In this document: piece by piece, positions 10,851 through 20,152 of the stretch
Position numbering within the stretch: the stretch's first letter is position 1
Layout: every line of letters begins with the position of its first letter
NCBI GenBank assembly: GCA_947589495.1
Contig: CANQAK010000004.1
Coordinates: 1 to 62,344, forward strand
Direction: 5' to 3'
Source of the DNA: an uncultured Bacilli bacterium
GTDB lineage: Bacteria; Bacillota_I; Bacilli_A; RF39; UBA660
DNA length: 62,344 nt
Notes under the pieces: generated by a model
The model's input: the letters and a program-made list of their open reading frames with translations, nothing else
Told to the model about the DNA's origin: nothing
The model's database searches: none
Position numbers and translations under genes: made by a program

Positions 10851-12126
10851 TTAATATTTCCTTTACTCTATCTAATAAATCATATTCACTATTAACTTCA
10901 TAATAAGGAATATTTAAATTACTAGCTAATAATTTATCTTTTTCATCATCACCAATTACACAAGATAAACTTAAATCAATATTGTATTTTTCTACTGCTT
11001 GTTCAACTAATAAAGTTCCAGGTTTTCGACATCTACATTTTATTTTTAATTCTTTTATTTCTTCTGGAAATCCACTATCAGGATGATGAGGGCAATAATA
11101 TATATCATCTAAATAAGCACCACCCATACCAAGTAATGTTTCCATCTTATGATGAATTTCTTCTAACTCTTCAAAGGTTACTTCTCCTCTAGCTACTACT
11201 GGTTGATTTGTAATAACTATAGCTAAATAATCTGAATTATTTATTAATTTAATTGCATCAATAACATTATTGTTTAAAGAAAAATCATCTATATTAGTTA
11301 AAAAACCAACATATTTATTAATTGTACCATCTCTATCTAAAAAAATAGCTTTTTGTTTATTTTTTAAATTTCTTAAATATGGTTTATTATTTTTAATATC
11401 TTCAATTACTTGATAATATCTTTCTGGTGTTCCCATATCTTTAATATACTCTGGAGTATCATATGCATATAATTTTTTTAAAGGAATAAGTTTTTTTAAA
11501 ATATCTCTATCTAAATCATACTTTCCTAAAGTATTAACCATATCTAAAACTTCTTTTTTTAAAATATGTATTCCAGCATTAACTCTATTCTTATAATATT
11601 TTCTTTCATCTTCTTTACTTAACCATTTATAAACTAAACCATCTTTAGCAAAAATTAAGCCGCTATCAAATGGATGACTATTTGGATGTGTACATATTGT
11701 GGCTAATGCTTCTTTTTCATTATGAAATTCTATTAATTTTTGAATATTAATATCAAAAATGATATCTCCATTTACTAATAAAAAATTATCATTTTTTATT
11801 ATATTTTTTAAATAATAAAAACATCCAGCTGTTCCCAAGGGCATTTGTTCTTCAACATAAGTTATATTAACTCCAAATTCTTTTCCATCTTTAAAATGAT
11901 TTATAATTATATCTTTTAAATGCCCTACAACTAATATTATATTAGTTAAATTATTATTTTTAAAAAACTCTATTTGATATTCTAAAACTGGCTTGTTATT
12001 AAGTTTGATCATCGATTTAGGAACATCTTTATTTATTGATGAAATTCTTGTCCCTTTTCCGCCAGCTAATATAACTACTGATATATCCTTAATCATAAAT
12101 AACCCACGCTTTACATCCTTCTTCAT
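10837..12126 (-). CDS. bifunctional heptose 1-phosphate nucleotidyltransferase / heptose 1,7-bisphosphate phosphatase (HddC-GmhB fusion)
   Basis: The N-terminal sugar nucleotidyltransferase domain has VILAGGKGTRI. The C-terminal HAD-IIIA phosphatase domain has FLDRDGTIN, CPHHP and CRCRKPG. The start may instead be the ATG at 12096 (MIKDISVV), which overlaps the hddA stop by 8 nt. Confidence 0.75.
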   Translation of the reverse strand: MKKDVKRGLFMIKDISVVILAGGKGTRISSINKDVPKSMIKLNNKPVLEYQIEFFKNNNLTNIILVVGHLKDIIINHFKDGKEFGVNITYVEEQMPLGTAGCFYYLKNIIKNDNFLLVNGDIIFDINIQKLIEFHNEKEALATICTHPNSHPFDSGLIFAKDGLVYKWLSKEDERKYYKNRVNAGIHILKKEVLDMVNTLGKYDLDRDILKKLIPLKKLYAYDTPEYIKDMGTPERYYQVIEDIKNNKPYLRNLKNKQKAIFLDRDGTINKYVGFLTNIDDFSLNNNVIDAIKLINNSDYLAIVITNQPVVARGEVTFEELEEIHHKMETLLGMGGAYLDDIYYCPHHPDSGFPEEIKELKIKCRCRKPGTLLVEQAVEKYNIDLSLSCVIGDDEKDKLLASNLNIPYYEVNSEYDLLDRVKEILNEKN

Positions 12127-13117
12127 CTATAGTAGGTATTACTACTTTTCCATTTAAAGTTTTTAACTTTTCAATTAGTGAATATTTTTCATTAGGATTA
12201 CATAATATCATCATAAATCCTCCACCACCTGCTCCACTTATTTTAGCAGCTTTTCCACCATTTTCTATAACAAAATCATATAAATTATCTATTTCTTTAT
12301 TACTTATAGCACTAGACATTTTCTTTTTGGCTTGCCAACTTTTATTTAATTCGTTAGCCATTTCATTAAAATTAGCAGTTAATAAAGCATTTTTCATTAA
12401 TATAGCACTATCTTTAATTACATGCATTGCATTAATTGATTCTTTATTATTTTCTTTAGTATTTTTTATTTGATTATCAATTATTTCAGCACTTTTTCTG
12501 GATTTACCTGTAAAATATAAAACTAATTCACTCTCTAATTCATTCTTTATCCATCTTTTTACTCTTAAAGGTTCTATAATAACTTTATCTTTATGAAATT
12601 CCATAAAATTAAATCCACCAAAAGTTGCAGCATATTGATCTTGTTTACCACCACTTAATTTTAAATCACTTCTTTCAATTTTATATGCTAAAGATGCCAT
12701 ATCATAATCTCCTAAAGATAAATTAAGCCATTCAACAAAAGCTTTTAATATAGCCACTACCATAGTACTAGAACCACCTAAACCACAACCCATTGGAGCA
12801 TCAGAATAAGTTGTCATTTTAAAAGATAAATTTTCTAAATTATAATCTTTTACTAATCTATTATATACTCCTTTATGTAGTAATACTTTTCCATCTAGTG
12901 TATCTAAAAATTCTTTGCTATCACTTTCAAAATGTTCATTTAAATCTTTAGCATCAATAATAATTTTACCATCATTAGTAGGTTCAATTGTACAATATGC
13001 ATACATATTAATAGTAACGTTTAAAACTGCTCCTCCATAAATATCACAATATGGTGAAACATCTGTTCCACCTCCAGCTAATCCTAAACGGAGTGGAGCT
13101 TTAGCTCTTATAATCAT
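12089..13117 (-). CDS. hddA: D-glycero-alpha-D-manno-heptose 7-phosphate kinase (GHMP kinase)
   Basis: 342 aa. It has MIIRAKAPLRLGLAGGGTDVSPY and the GHMP motif GCGLGGSSTMVVA. Confidence 0.8.
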   Translation of the reverse strand: MIIRAKAPLRLGLAGGGTDVSPYCDIYGGAVLNVTINMYAYCTIEPTNDGKIIIDAKDLNEHFESDSKEFLDTLDGKVLLHKGVYNRLVKDYNLENLSFKMTTYSDAPMGCGLGGSSTMVVAILKAFVEWLNLSLGDYDMASLAYKIERSDLKLSGGKQDQYAATFGGFNFMEFHKDKVIIEPLRVKRWIKNELESELVLYFTGKSRKSAEIIDNQIKNTKENNKESINAMHVIKDSAILMKNALLTANFNEMANELNKSWQAKKKMSSAISNKEIDNLYDFVIENGGKAAKISGAGGGGFMMILCNPNEKYSLIEKLKTLNGKVVIPTIDEEGCKAWVIYD

Positions 13118-13134
13118 TTTGAATCCTTCTTTCT

Positions 13135-14007
13135 TTATAAAACATATATTATTAAAAATAAAATGACAATATATAATAAAATTAAGAAAATAATACTTTT
13201 ATGACTTAATACTACTTCAATTGGATCACCATGAGAACCATTTTCAATAATTAAACTATACATTTGAAGAATTATCATTATTAAAGGAACTGTATAAATT
13301 AAATAGTTATTACCAACATTTGCAACAACGTTTGGAACAATACACCACATACTATATGACATAACTGCTAGGCTTAAACATACATACATGTTTTTATCTA
13401 AAAATTCCTTATTATATAATTTTAAAGATTTTCTACTTTTTATTCCATTTTGAATAATTTCATTTCTTCTTTTACCAAAACCTAAATAAAATGCTCCAAA
13501 CATAATTGTTAAATATAACCAATTAGATAACATGACATCAATTAAAACCGAACCATAATATACTCTTAAAAGGAAACCAAAAGAAATAATAGCAACATCT
13601 ACTATGGGAATTTCTTTTAATTTTTTACTATATAATATATTAATTATAAAATATATGATAGGAATAATTATACTAGTTATTTTATGTGTAAAATAACTAG
13701 TAATTATATTTAGAAGAATAAATATAATTACTAAAAAAATTTCACAAATTTTGGCCTGTTTTATTGATATTTTTCCCGATGCAAGTGGTCTATTTTTTTT
13801 AATTGGATGTAATTTATCTTTTTCAATATCCATAATATCATTAATAATATATATAATAGAAGATGTAATTGAAAAAATTATAAATCCAAGTAAATCTAAA
13901 AATAGTAAATCTTTATTAAAAATACTTTGACTAAAAAATAAAGGTAAAAATATAAGTAAATTTTTAATATAATGTTTTACTCTAAATAATTTAAGATATT
14001 CTTTCAT
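13135..14007 (-). CDS. UbiA-family polyprenyl-phosphate phosphoribosyltransferase-like enzyme (DPPRT-like)
   Basis: 290 aa and about 8 TM helices. NDIMDIEKDKLHPIKKNRPLASGKIS matches the DPPRT signature ND..D.E.D..HP.K..RP.A.G. The N-terminal FRVKHYIKN resembles RP.QW.KN. Confidence 0.7.
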   Translation of the reverse strand: MKEYLKLFRVKHYIKNLLIFLPLFFSQSIFNKDLLFLDLLGFIIFSITSSIIYIINDIMDIEKDKLHPIKKNRPLASGKISIKQAKICEIFLVIIFILLNIITSYFTHKITSIIIPIIYFIINILYSKKLKEIPIVDVAIISFGFLLRVYYGSVLIDVMLSNWLYLTIMFGAFYLGFGKRRNEIIQNGIKSRKSLKLYNKEFLDKNMYVCLSLAVMSYSMWCIVPNVVANVGNNYLIYTVPLIMIILQMYSLIIENGSHGDPIEVVLSHKSIIFLILLYIVILFLIIYVL

Positions 14008-14452
14008 CTTTATTTCCTTTCTTAAATATTTTTTTATTAAATATAAATGTAAATAATATAACTATAACTGATATAAATGGTTTTGAATAAAACTCATCAA
14101 ATTTAACTATTTCCACCATAAACATTAAAAGTAAAGTATCAATTATTACTGATAATATTCGAACTACAAAATATTTTACAATACGTATTATTTCATCTTT
14201 AAAACCTAATATTTTTTTTTGAAAAACAATATATAAATTTAAATAATAAGAAATTAATGCTGCTATAAAATATGATAATAAAGAAGCAAAAACATAATAC
14301 ATTTTTATATTTAAAAATATTTTGTATAAAATCAAATTAATTATAACAGTTGTTACACCACAAATTCCATATTTAATTAATTCTTTATTTTTTATTATTA
14401 TTTCTTTTAATTTCTTCAAAAACTTTTTGATATTCTTCATAAATCCTTTCAT
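13991..14452 (-). CDS. GtrA-family membrane protein
   Basis: 153 aa with 4 TM helices. The size and layout are GtrA-like. The start is uncertain because the ORF overlaps the upstream GT4 gene. Confidence 0.6.
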   Translation of the reverse strand: MKGFMKNIKKFLKKLKEIIIKNKELIKYGICGVTTVIINLILYKIFLNIKMYYVFASLLSYFIAALISYYLNLYIVFQKKILGFKDEIIRIVKYFVVRILSVIIDTLLLMFMVEIVKFDEFYSKPFISVIVILFTFIFNKKIFKKGNKDERIS

Positions 14453-15509
14453 TTGTACAAAAATTTTCTAATTCTTTTTTTGTTTTTATATATTTTTGAC
14501 GATTATTTAATACTTTTATTATTTTTTTAGCTAAATCTTCTGGAGAATTAACTTTAGCTATTTCTCCCATTTTAGTTCTTTTAACAATTTGCCTTACCCC
14601 TGGTAAATCAGATGCTACAACTGGACAAGAACATTGCATTGCCTCAAATTGAACTAATCCCAAGGCCTCTAATGAATTAATACTAGGTAAAACAAAAACT
14701 CCTATTTTAGAATAAAAATCGTTTAATTCTTGATCAGATAATTTTCCTAAAAATTTAACATCTTTGATATTTTCTTCTTCAATAATTTTTTTTAATTCAT
14801 TAATTACACTACCACCTGCAACACCTAAATAATCTCCAGCTATTTCTAAAGAATATTGGGGATATTTATCTTTAATTATTTTAAAAGCTCTAATTAAAAC
14901 ATCTATTCCCTTTTCTTCAACAATTCTTCCACAAAATCCTATTACTTTATTATTTCTTTTAACATTTGTTTTACTAAATTCTCTAAATATAGGTAATATT
15001 TCTATTTCTTTATTAATATATTTTTTAGCAATTCTTGAACTTTTGGCATAATCTTTTGTTTCCACAATTATTTTATTAGCCTTTTTTAAAGCTATATTAT
15101 GGGAAAAATCCATAGTTTTAACAATAAAATTATTTATTAAACTAGGTGGTAAATTTATATCACAATGATAAGTTAAAATATTTTTCTCTGATTCAATTAA
15201 AGAAGAAATAAGTCCAGATTCTAGCATAGGTAAATGCATATTTACTACATCAGATTCCTTACTTAATTTACATGCTAAAGAAATGAATTTTGGACTTACT
15301 GTTCCTTTACTTATTTTCATAATTATGGGAGCTCTAATAACTTTTACATTATTAATTATTTCTTCATTAGGTAACTTTCTTTGATTATGATTAGAACAAA
15401 GTACAGTTACTTCATTATGCTCTGCTAATTTCTCAGCAATTTTTTTAGTAGTAACAGTAATTCCACTAATATAAGGATAATAATAATTAGCAATCATTAA
15501 TATTTTCAT
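14385..15509 (-). CDS. GT4 family glycosyltransferase
   Basis: 374 aa with a GT-B fold. Motifs include IGFCGRIVEEKG and EALGLVQFEAMQCSCPVVASDLPG (E-x7-E). Confidence 0.75.
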   Translation of the reverse strand: MKILMIANYYYPYISGITVTTKKIAEKLAEHNEVTVLCSNHNQRKLPNEEIINNVKVIRAPIIMKISKGTVSPKFISLACKLSKESDVVNMHLPMLESGLISSLIESEKNILTYHCDINLPPSLINNFIVKTMDFSHNIALKKANKIIVETKDYAKSSRIAKKYINKEIEILPIFREFSKTNVKRNNKVIGFCGRIVEEKGIDVLIRAFKIIKDKYPQYSLEIAGDYLGVAGGSVINELKKIIEEENIKDVKFLGKLSDQELNDFYSKIGVFVLPSINSLEALGLVQFEAMQCSCPVVASDLPGVRQIVKRTKMGEIAKVNSPEDLAKKIIKVLNNRQKYIKTKKELENFCTNERIYEEYQKVFEEIKRNNNKK

Positions 15510-17233
15510 GATTTAGCTCCATTATATTTTTTTATTAATTTCATATATTCTTTATTTGAAAGAGCATCATATTTATAAAAGCCATAAATTATTTGAGCAT
15601 TTTTAGTTAATTTATCTTGAATATAAGTAAATTTTATATTCTTATCTCTTAAGTTATAAAGTCCACCTGGAAAATATAAATCTTTAAAACTATCATCATT
15701 TGTGCTTATAAAAATTTGTTTTTGCATAGATAAATCAGATAAATATAATAATTCAGAATCTAACTCTTTACTATTATTATATGAATCAATAACATTTGGA
15801 ATATAAAAAGAAACATTTACAATTGCAATTAAACTAATTATATAAAAAGCTAAATTAGACATTAAATCTTTTCTTGATAGTAATGGAAATAAAACAATAA
15901 ATGGTAATAAATATATTTGAGGATAATATCTAGCTTGCCATACTATTGGTAAAAATGGGATTGGTAAAACAATACCACCAACTAATAGTAAAAGAACAAT
16001 TGTCCATTTGGATTTTTTGAGTATTAAATAAATAAGTTCTAAAAGGCCAATTGCAAATGATACACATAATAATCCTGAAAACCAAACACCAAAACCAGCA
16101 ATTCTTAAATCGGGATATTTTAAATCTTTTAATTCATTTTGATGTATAAAAAAAGGTACTTTCATTTTTACATTGTCATAATTAATACTTGTTTTAGAAA
16201 ATGTAGCATATAACCATTTTTCAAAACGATTATCTAAAACTTGAAAATTAACGGGTTCGTTATCATCTTCTAAATTAACACTTTTATTTCCTAATAAAGG
16301 ATAAAAAGCATTATTATTTAAAATAGTATTTTTAACATAAGTACTTGAACCGATTAAAAGAACTCCAGATGCATAAACTAGTACAAAATACCCTATCAAT
16401 TTAAAAACTACTTTATAATCTTTTTTGATAAGATTATTAATAATAATATATCCACCTAATAAACATGAAAATAAACCACATATAAATAAAGCTTGAAATT
16501 TTAAATTAATACATATTAATGTTGAACATATAAAAGTAATTAAATGATATTTATCTTTCATTTGAAAATCTTGATCATAAATCATATTAAATAAAGATAA
16601 AATAGATAAATATAGAGTTATTCCAACTACATCATCTAAATAATATGTTGAAAATTGTGATAAAAATAAAGGACTTAAAACTAAAGGAATCGAAATTAAA
16701 CTAGCTTTTAATTTACTTTTAGACATTTTAAAAGCTGTTTCATAAATATTATAAAAAAGTACAATACTCAATATTAAATCAATACATTTACCAACTTCAA
16801 TATTATCGAAAAAAGAATAAAATACTCCTGCAATAACTTCATATGCATTAGCATAATGTATTGCCCATAAATCTCCAGCTTTTGTATTATTTATAGGATT
16901 TAAACCATCAGCTAAAAGACCAATTAAATTTTTATGATAAGTATTACCATCCCAATAAAAATCATAATATTGCATACCTATTAAAGAAGTAAGATAAATT
17001 ATAAATAATATAATTAGAATATATTTTATAAAAATTTTATTATTATTAAATTCTTCTTTAAATACTTTATGAATTATTATAAAAGATAAAATAATATCAA
17101 AAATTAAAGTATAGTTATTTATATTTATATTAATTATATAACCTAGTGTTGTAGTAGAAAGTATAGTTGTAATAATTATAAGTAAAGATACAGCTATTAC
17201 TTTAAATTTTATGTCCTTAAAAAATTGTTTCAT
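15506..17233 (-). CDS. large polytopic membrane protein (GT-C-like glycosyltransferase or polymerase candidate)
   Basis: 575 aa with more than 10 predicted TM helices. It lies between a GT4/GtrA/DPPRT-like module and mnaA. I recognised no soluble domain. Confidence 0.45.
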   Translation of the reverse strand: MKQFFKDIKFKVIAVSLLIIITTILSTTTLGYIINININNYTLIFDIILSFIIIHKVFKEEFNNNKIFIKYILIILFIIYLTSLIGMQYYDFYWDGNTYHKNLIGLLADGLNPINNTKAGDLWAIHYANAYEVIAGVFYSFFDNIEVGKCIDLILSIVLFYNIYETAFKMSKSKLKASLISIPLVLSPLFLSQFSTYYLDDVVGITLYLSILSLFNMIYDQDFQMKDKYHLITFICSTLICINLKFQALFICGLFSCLLGGYIIINNLIKKDYKVVFKLIGYFVLVYASGVLLIGSSTYVKNTILNNNAFYPLLGNKSVNLEDDNEPVNFQVLDNRFEKWLYATFSKTSINYDNVKMKVPFFIHQNELKDLKYPDLRIAGFGVWFSGLLCVSFAIGLLELIYLILKKSKWTIVLLLLVGGIVLPIPFLPIVWQARYYPQIYLLPFIVLFPLLSRKDLMSNLAFYIISLIAIVNVSFYIPNVIDSYNNSKELDSELLYLSDLSMQKQIFISTNDDSFKDLYFPGGLYNLRDKNIKFTYIQDKLTKNAQIIYGFYKYDALSNKEYMKLIKKYNGAKS

Positions 17234-18354
17234 TATTCTCCTTTTTCTAAAAATTTATCTATAATTGCATCTACAATTCTTTCACTTGCATGTCCATCTC
17301 CATATGGATTAGATGCTTTGCTCATTTTTTCATAAGCAGCTTTATCTGTTAATAATTTTTTTGTTTCTTCATAGATTATTTCTTCTTCAGTTCCTACTAA
17401 TTTTAAAGTACCTGCTTTAATTCCTTCAGGACGTTCTGTAGTATCTCTTAATACTAATACTGGTTTTCCTAATGATGGAGCTTCTTCTTGAATTCCACCT
17501 GAGTCAGTTAAAATAAGATAAGCTTTATTTTGAAAATTATGGAAATCAAATACTTCTAAAGGTTCAATTAATCTAACTCTATCAGAGTTACCTAAGACTT
17601 CATTAGCTACTTCTCTTACTTTAGGATTTAAATGAATTGGATAAATAACTTTTACATCTTCAAATTCATCTACAATTCTTTTAATTCCTCTAAAGATATG
17701 TCGCATTGGTTCTCCAAGATTTTCTCTTCTATGAGCTGTAAGTAAAATTAATTTATCACTTTCTTTTATCCATTCTAATTCGGGATGTTTATACTCTTTA
17801 TTTATAGTTGTAGACATCGCATCAATAGCAGTATTTCCAGTTACATATATTTTATCCTCTTTAATATTTTCTTTAAGAAGATTTTCTTTACTTAAATTAG
17901 TTGGAGCAAAATACATATCGGTTAATGAATCAACCATTTGTCTATTCATTTCTTCTGGATATGGACTATATTTATCATATGTTCTAAGTCCTGCTTCTAC
18001 ATGACCTATAGCAACTTGTTCATAAAAAGCTGCAAGTGCTCCAGCAAATGTTGTAGTTGTATCTCCATGAACTAAAACAATATCGGGTTTTACTTCTTTT
18101 ATAACTTCTTCTAAGCCAAGTAAAGCTCTCGTAGTAATTTCTGCTAAAGATTGACCTTGTTTCATAATATTTAAATCATAATCTGGTTTAATTTTAAAAG
18201 TTTCTAAAACTTGATCAAGCATTTCTCTATGTTGAGCTGTTACACATACTATACATTCAATTTCTTGTCTTTTTTCTAATTCTTTTACAAGGGGAGCCAT
18301 TTTAATCGCTTCAGGTCTTGTACCAAAAATACTCATAACATTAATTTTTTTCAT
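17233..18354 (-). CDS. mnaA: UDP-N-acetylglucosamine 2-epimerase (non-hydrolysing)
   Basis: 373 aa. It has FGTRPEAIKMAPL, VHGDTTT, HVEAGLRT and TDSGGIQEEAPSLGKPVLVLR. Confidence 0.9.
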   Translation of the reverse strand: MKKINVMSIFGTRPEAIKMAPLVKELEKRQEIECIVCVTAQHREMLDQVLETFKIKPDYDLNIMKQGQSLAEITTRALLGLEEVIKEVKPDIVLVHGDTTTTFAGALAAFYEQVAIGHVEAGLRTYDKYSPYPEEMNRQMVDSLTDMYFAPTNLSKENLLKENIKEDKIYVTGNTAIDAMSTTINKEYKHPELEWIKESDKLILLTAHRRENLGEPMRHIFRGIKRIVDEFEDVKVIYPIHLNPKVREVANEVLGNSDRVRLIEPLEVFDFHNFQNKAYLILTDSGGIQEEAPSLGKPVLVLRDTTERPEGIKAGTLKLVGTEEEIIYEETKKLLTDKAAYEKMSKASNPYGDGHASERIVDAIIDKFLEKGE

Positions 18355-18356
18355 AT

Positions 18357-20141
18357 CTACACCTCTTTTTTAAATTCTACTTTTTTTGGTTCATCTTCTT
18401 CTTTTATAACATCAATTTTATATTTAGGTCTTTCAACATACATTTCTTGTGTATAAGAATTATAATATTTGATTATTTTATTTAATGAATTAACTAAATT
18501 CATTTCTTTTAAATATTTATCCATAATTTCATAATCATAATCACTTATACTATCATTATGTGTAATTGTTATTAAATTATTATAGTATGGAATTGTATAA
18601 GGATATAAAGAATAATATTTAGCATCATTATTATTATAACTTATTTTTCTTCCAATAGCATACGCTAATAAAATATTTTTTTCTCTATTTAAATTGTTAA
18701 AACATGATAAAGTAAATATTCTGGACAAATTAGAATATATTTCAAAACTTTCTCCAAATTTTTCATCAGGGAAATATATAAAATTATTATAATTTTTTTG
18801 TAATTTTTTTAAATTTGCATTATTTATTTCATCTATAATAACAAAATAATTAGAATAATTATTAGCTAATAAATTTTTTAATTCTTTTATTTCAATATTC
18901 TCTGAATTAATATGACAACCTAATATTGGTCTTTTTAAATTATATAATTTATCAACATAAAAACTTCTTGAATATAAATTTCTAGCTTTAAATACTTGTT
19001 TAGGAAAATCAATTCCTTTAAAAAGTTTACAAATTTCTTCTTTTTTATTCATTAAATAATAATAATTTTCATCTATTTTAATATATCCATCTTCATTAAG
19101 ATTTTTTGATGAAAAATTGATTTTCTTTGTACCTTTTTGTAAATTTACATCAACTGGTAATTTTAAAGCTATTTTTTTTAATAATTCTTCTTCATTTAAA
19201 TCTAAATCTTTTAATATTAAATTTGGTCTTATTTCACACCATTCTGCTCTTTTTTTCTCATATTCTTGTAATAATGAAATTCTTAATTGTTGATCTTTTA
19301 ATTTTTTAGTTTCTATTTCGTGACTCATAGAATTATCATGAATACGATAAAAATATAAAGGTTTATCTTCTTTAATATGTTTTATATGACCAGATTTAGA
19401 TAAACGTAACCAATAATCATAGTCTTCAGCTCCTACTACATCATCTGCATAATGACCTTTTAAAATATTACTATCAACTTTTCTATACATAAAGCTAGCA
19501 TTTACATAATTATCATTTCCTAATTTTAAAGGTTCTTCATTACGTAGTAATCTAATTATATTAGCTTTCTTAGTATCCCTATCAATATCTCTATACATCC
19601 CATAATAAGGTTTTCCTTTAGCATTTATAACATATACATCACCATATACTAAAGATGCATCTGGTTCTTCTAATAATTTTTTTACTAGTATTTCTATCAT
19701 ATTTTTAGACATAATATTATCAGCAGATGTCCAAGTAATAAAATCTCCAGTTACAAATTTATGTAAATGAGTTAAAGCTCTAGGTAATTTTTGATTTTTT
19801 TGAGTATATATACGAACATTTTTTATATTAGCATAAGGCTTTAATACTTCCATTAAATTATCTGTAGATCCATCATCCAATATTATTAATTCAATATTTT
19901 TATATGTTTGTTCTAAAATAGAATTAATCGATTCACGTACTATATTTGCATGATTATAAACTGGTAATAAAATTGATACTTTTGGGCCAGAATAAACTAT
20001 TTGACTATTCTTTTTATAACCACTTGGAATATAAGTTACATTTTTAAAAAATAAACTTTTCTTTCTAATTAAGTATCTTTTTATTTTATTAATTTTTTCT
20101 TTATTTGAAGACTTTAAAAATCTTTTAATTCTCTCATTCAT
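18357..20141 (-). CDS. GT2 family glycosyltransferase with long C-terminal extension
   Basis: 594 aa. The GT2 core has VSILLPVYNHANIV and LIILDDGSTD. Confidence 0.7.
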   Translation of the reverse strand: MNERIKRFLKSSNKEKINKIKRYLIRKKSLFFKNVTYIPSGYKKNSQIVYSGPKVSILLPVYNHANIVRESINSILEQTYKNIELIILDDGSTDNLMEVLKPYANIKNVRIYTQKNQKLPRALTHLHKFVTGDFITWTSADNIMSKNMIEILVKKLLEEPDASLVYGDVYVINAKGKPYYGMYRDIDRDTKKANIIRLLRNEEPLKLGNDNYVNASFMYRKVDSNILKGHYADDVVGAEDYDYWLRLSKSGHIKHIKEDKPLYFYRIHDNSMSHEIETKKLKDQQLRISLLQEYEKKRAEWCEIRPNLILKDLDLNEEELLKKIALKLPVDVNLQKGTKKINFSSKNLNEDGYIKIDENYYYLMNKKEEICKLFKGIDFPKQVFKARNLYSRSFYVDKLYNLKRPILGCHINSENIEIKELKNLLANNYSNYFVIIDEINNANLKKLQKNYNNFIYFPDEKFGESFEIYSNLSRIFTLSCFNNLNREKNILLAYAIGRKISYNNNDAKYYSLYPYTIPYYNNLITITHNDSISDYDYEIMDKYLKEMNLVNSLNKIIKYYNSYTQEMYVERPKYKIDVIKEEDEPKKVEFKKEV

Positions 20142-20152
20142 AAATTACTCCT

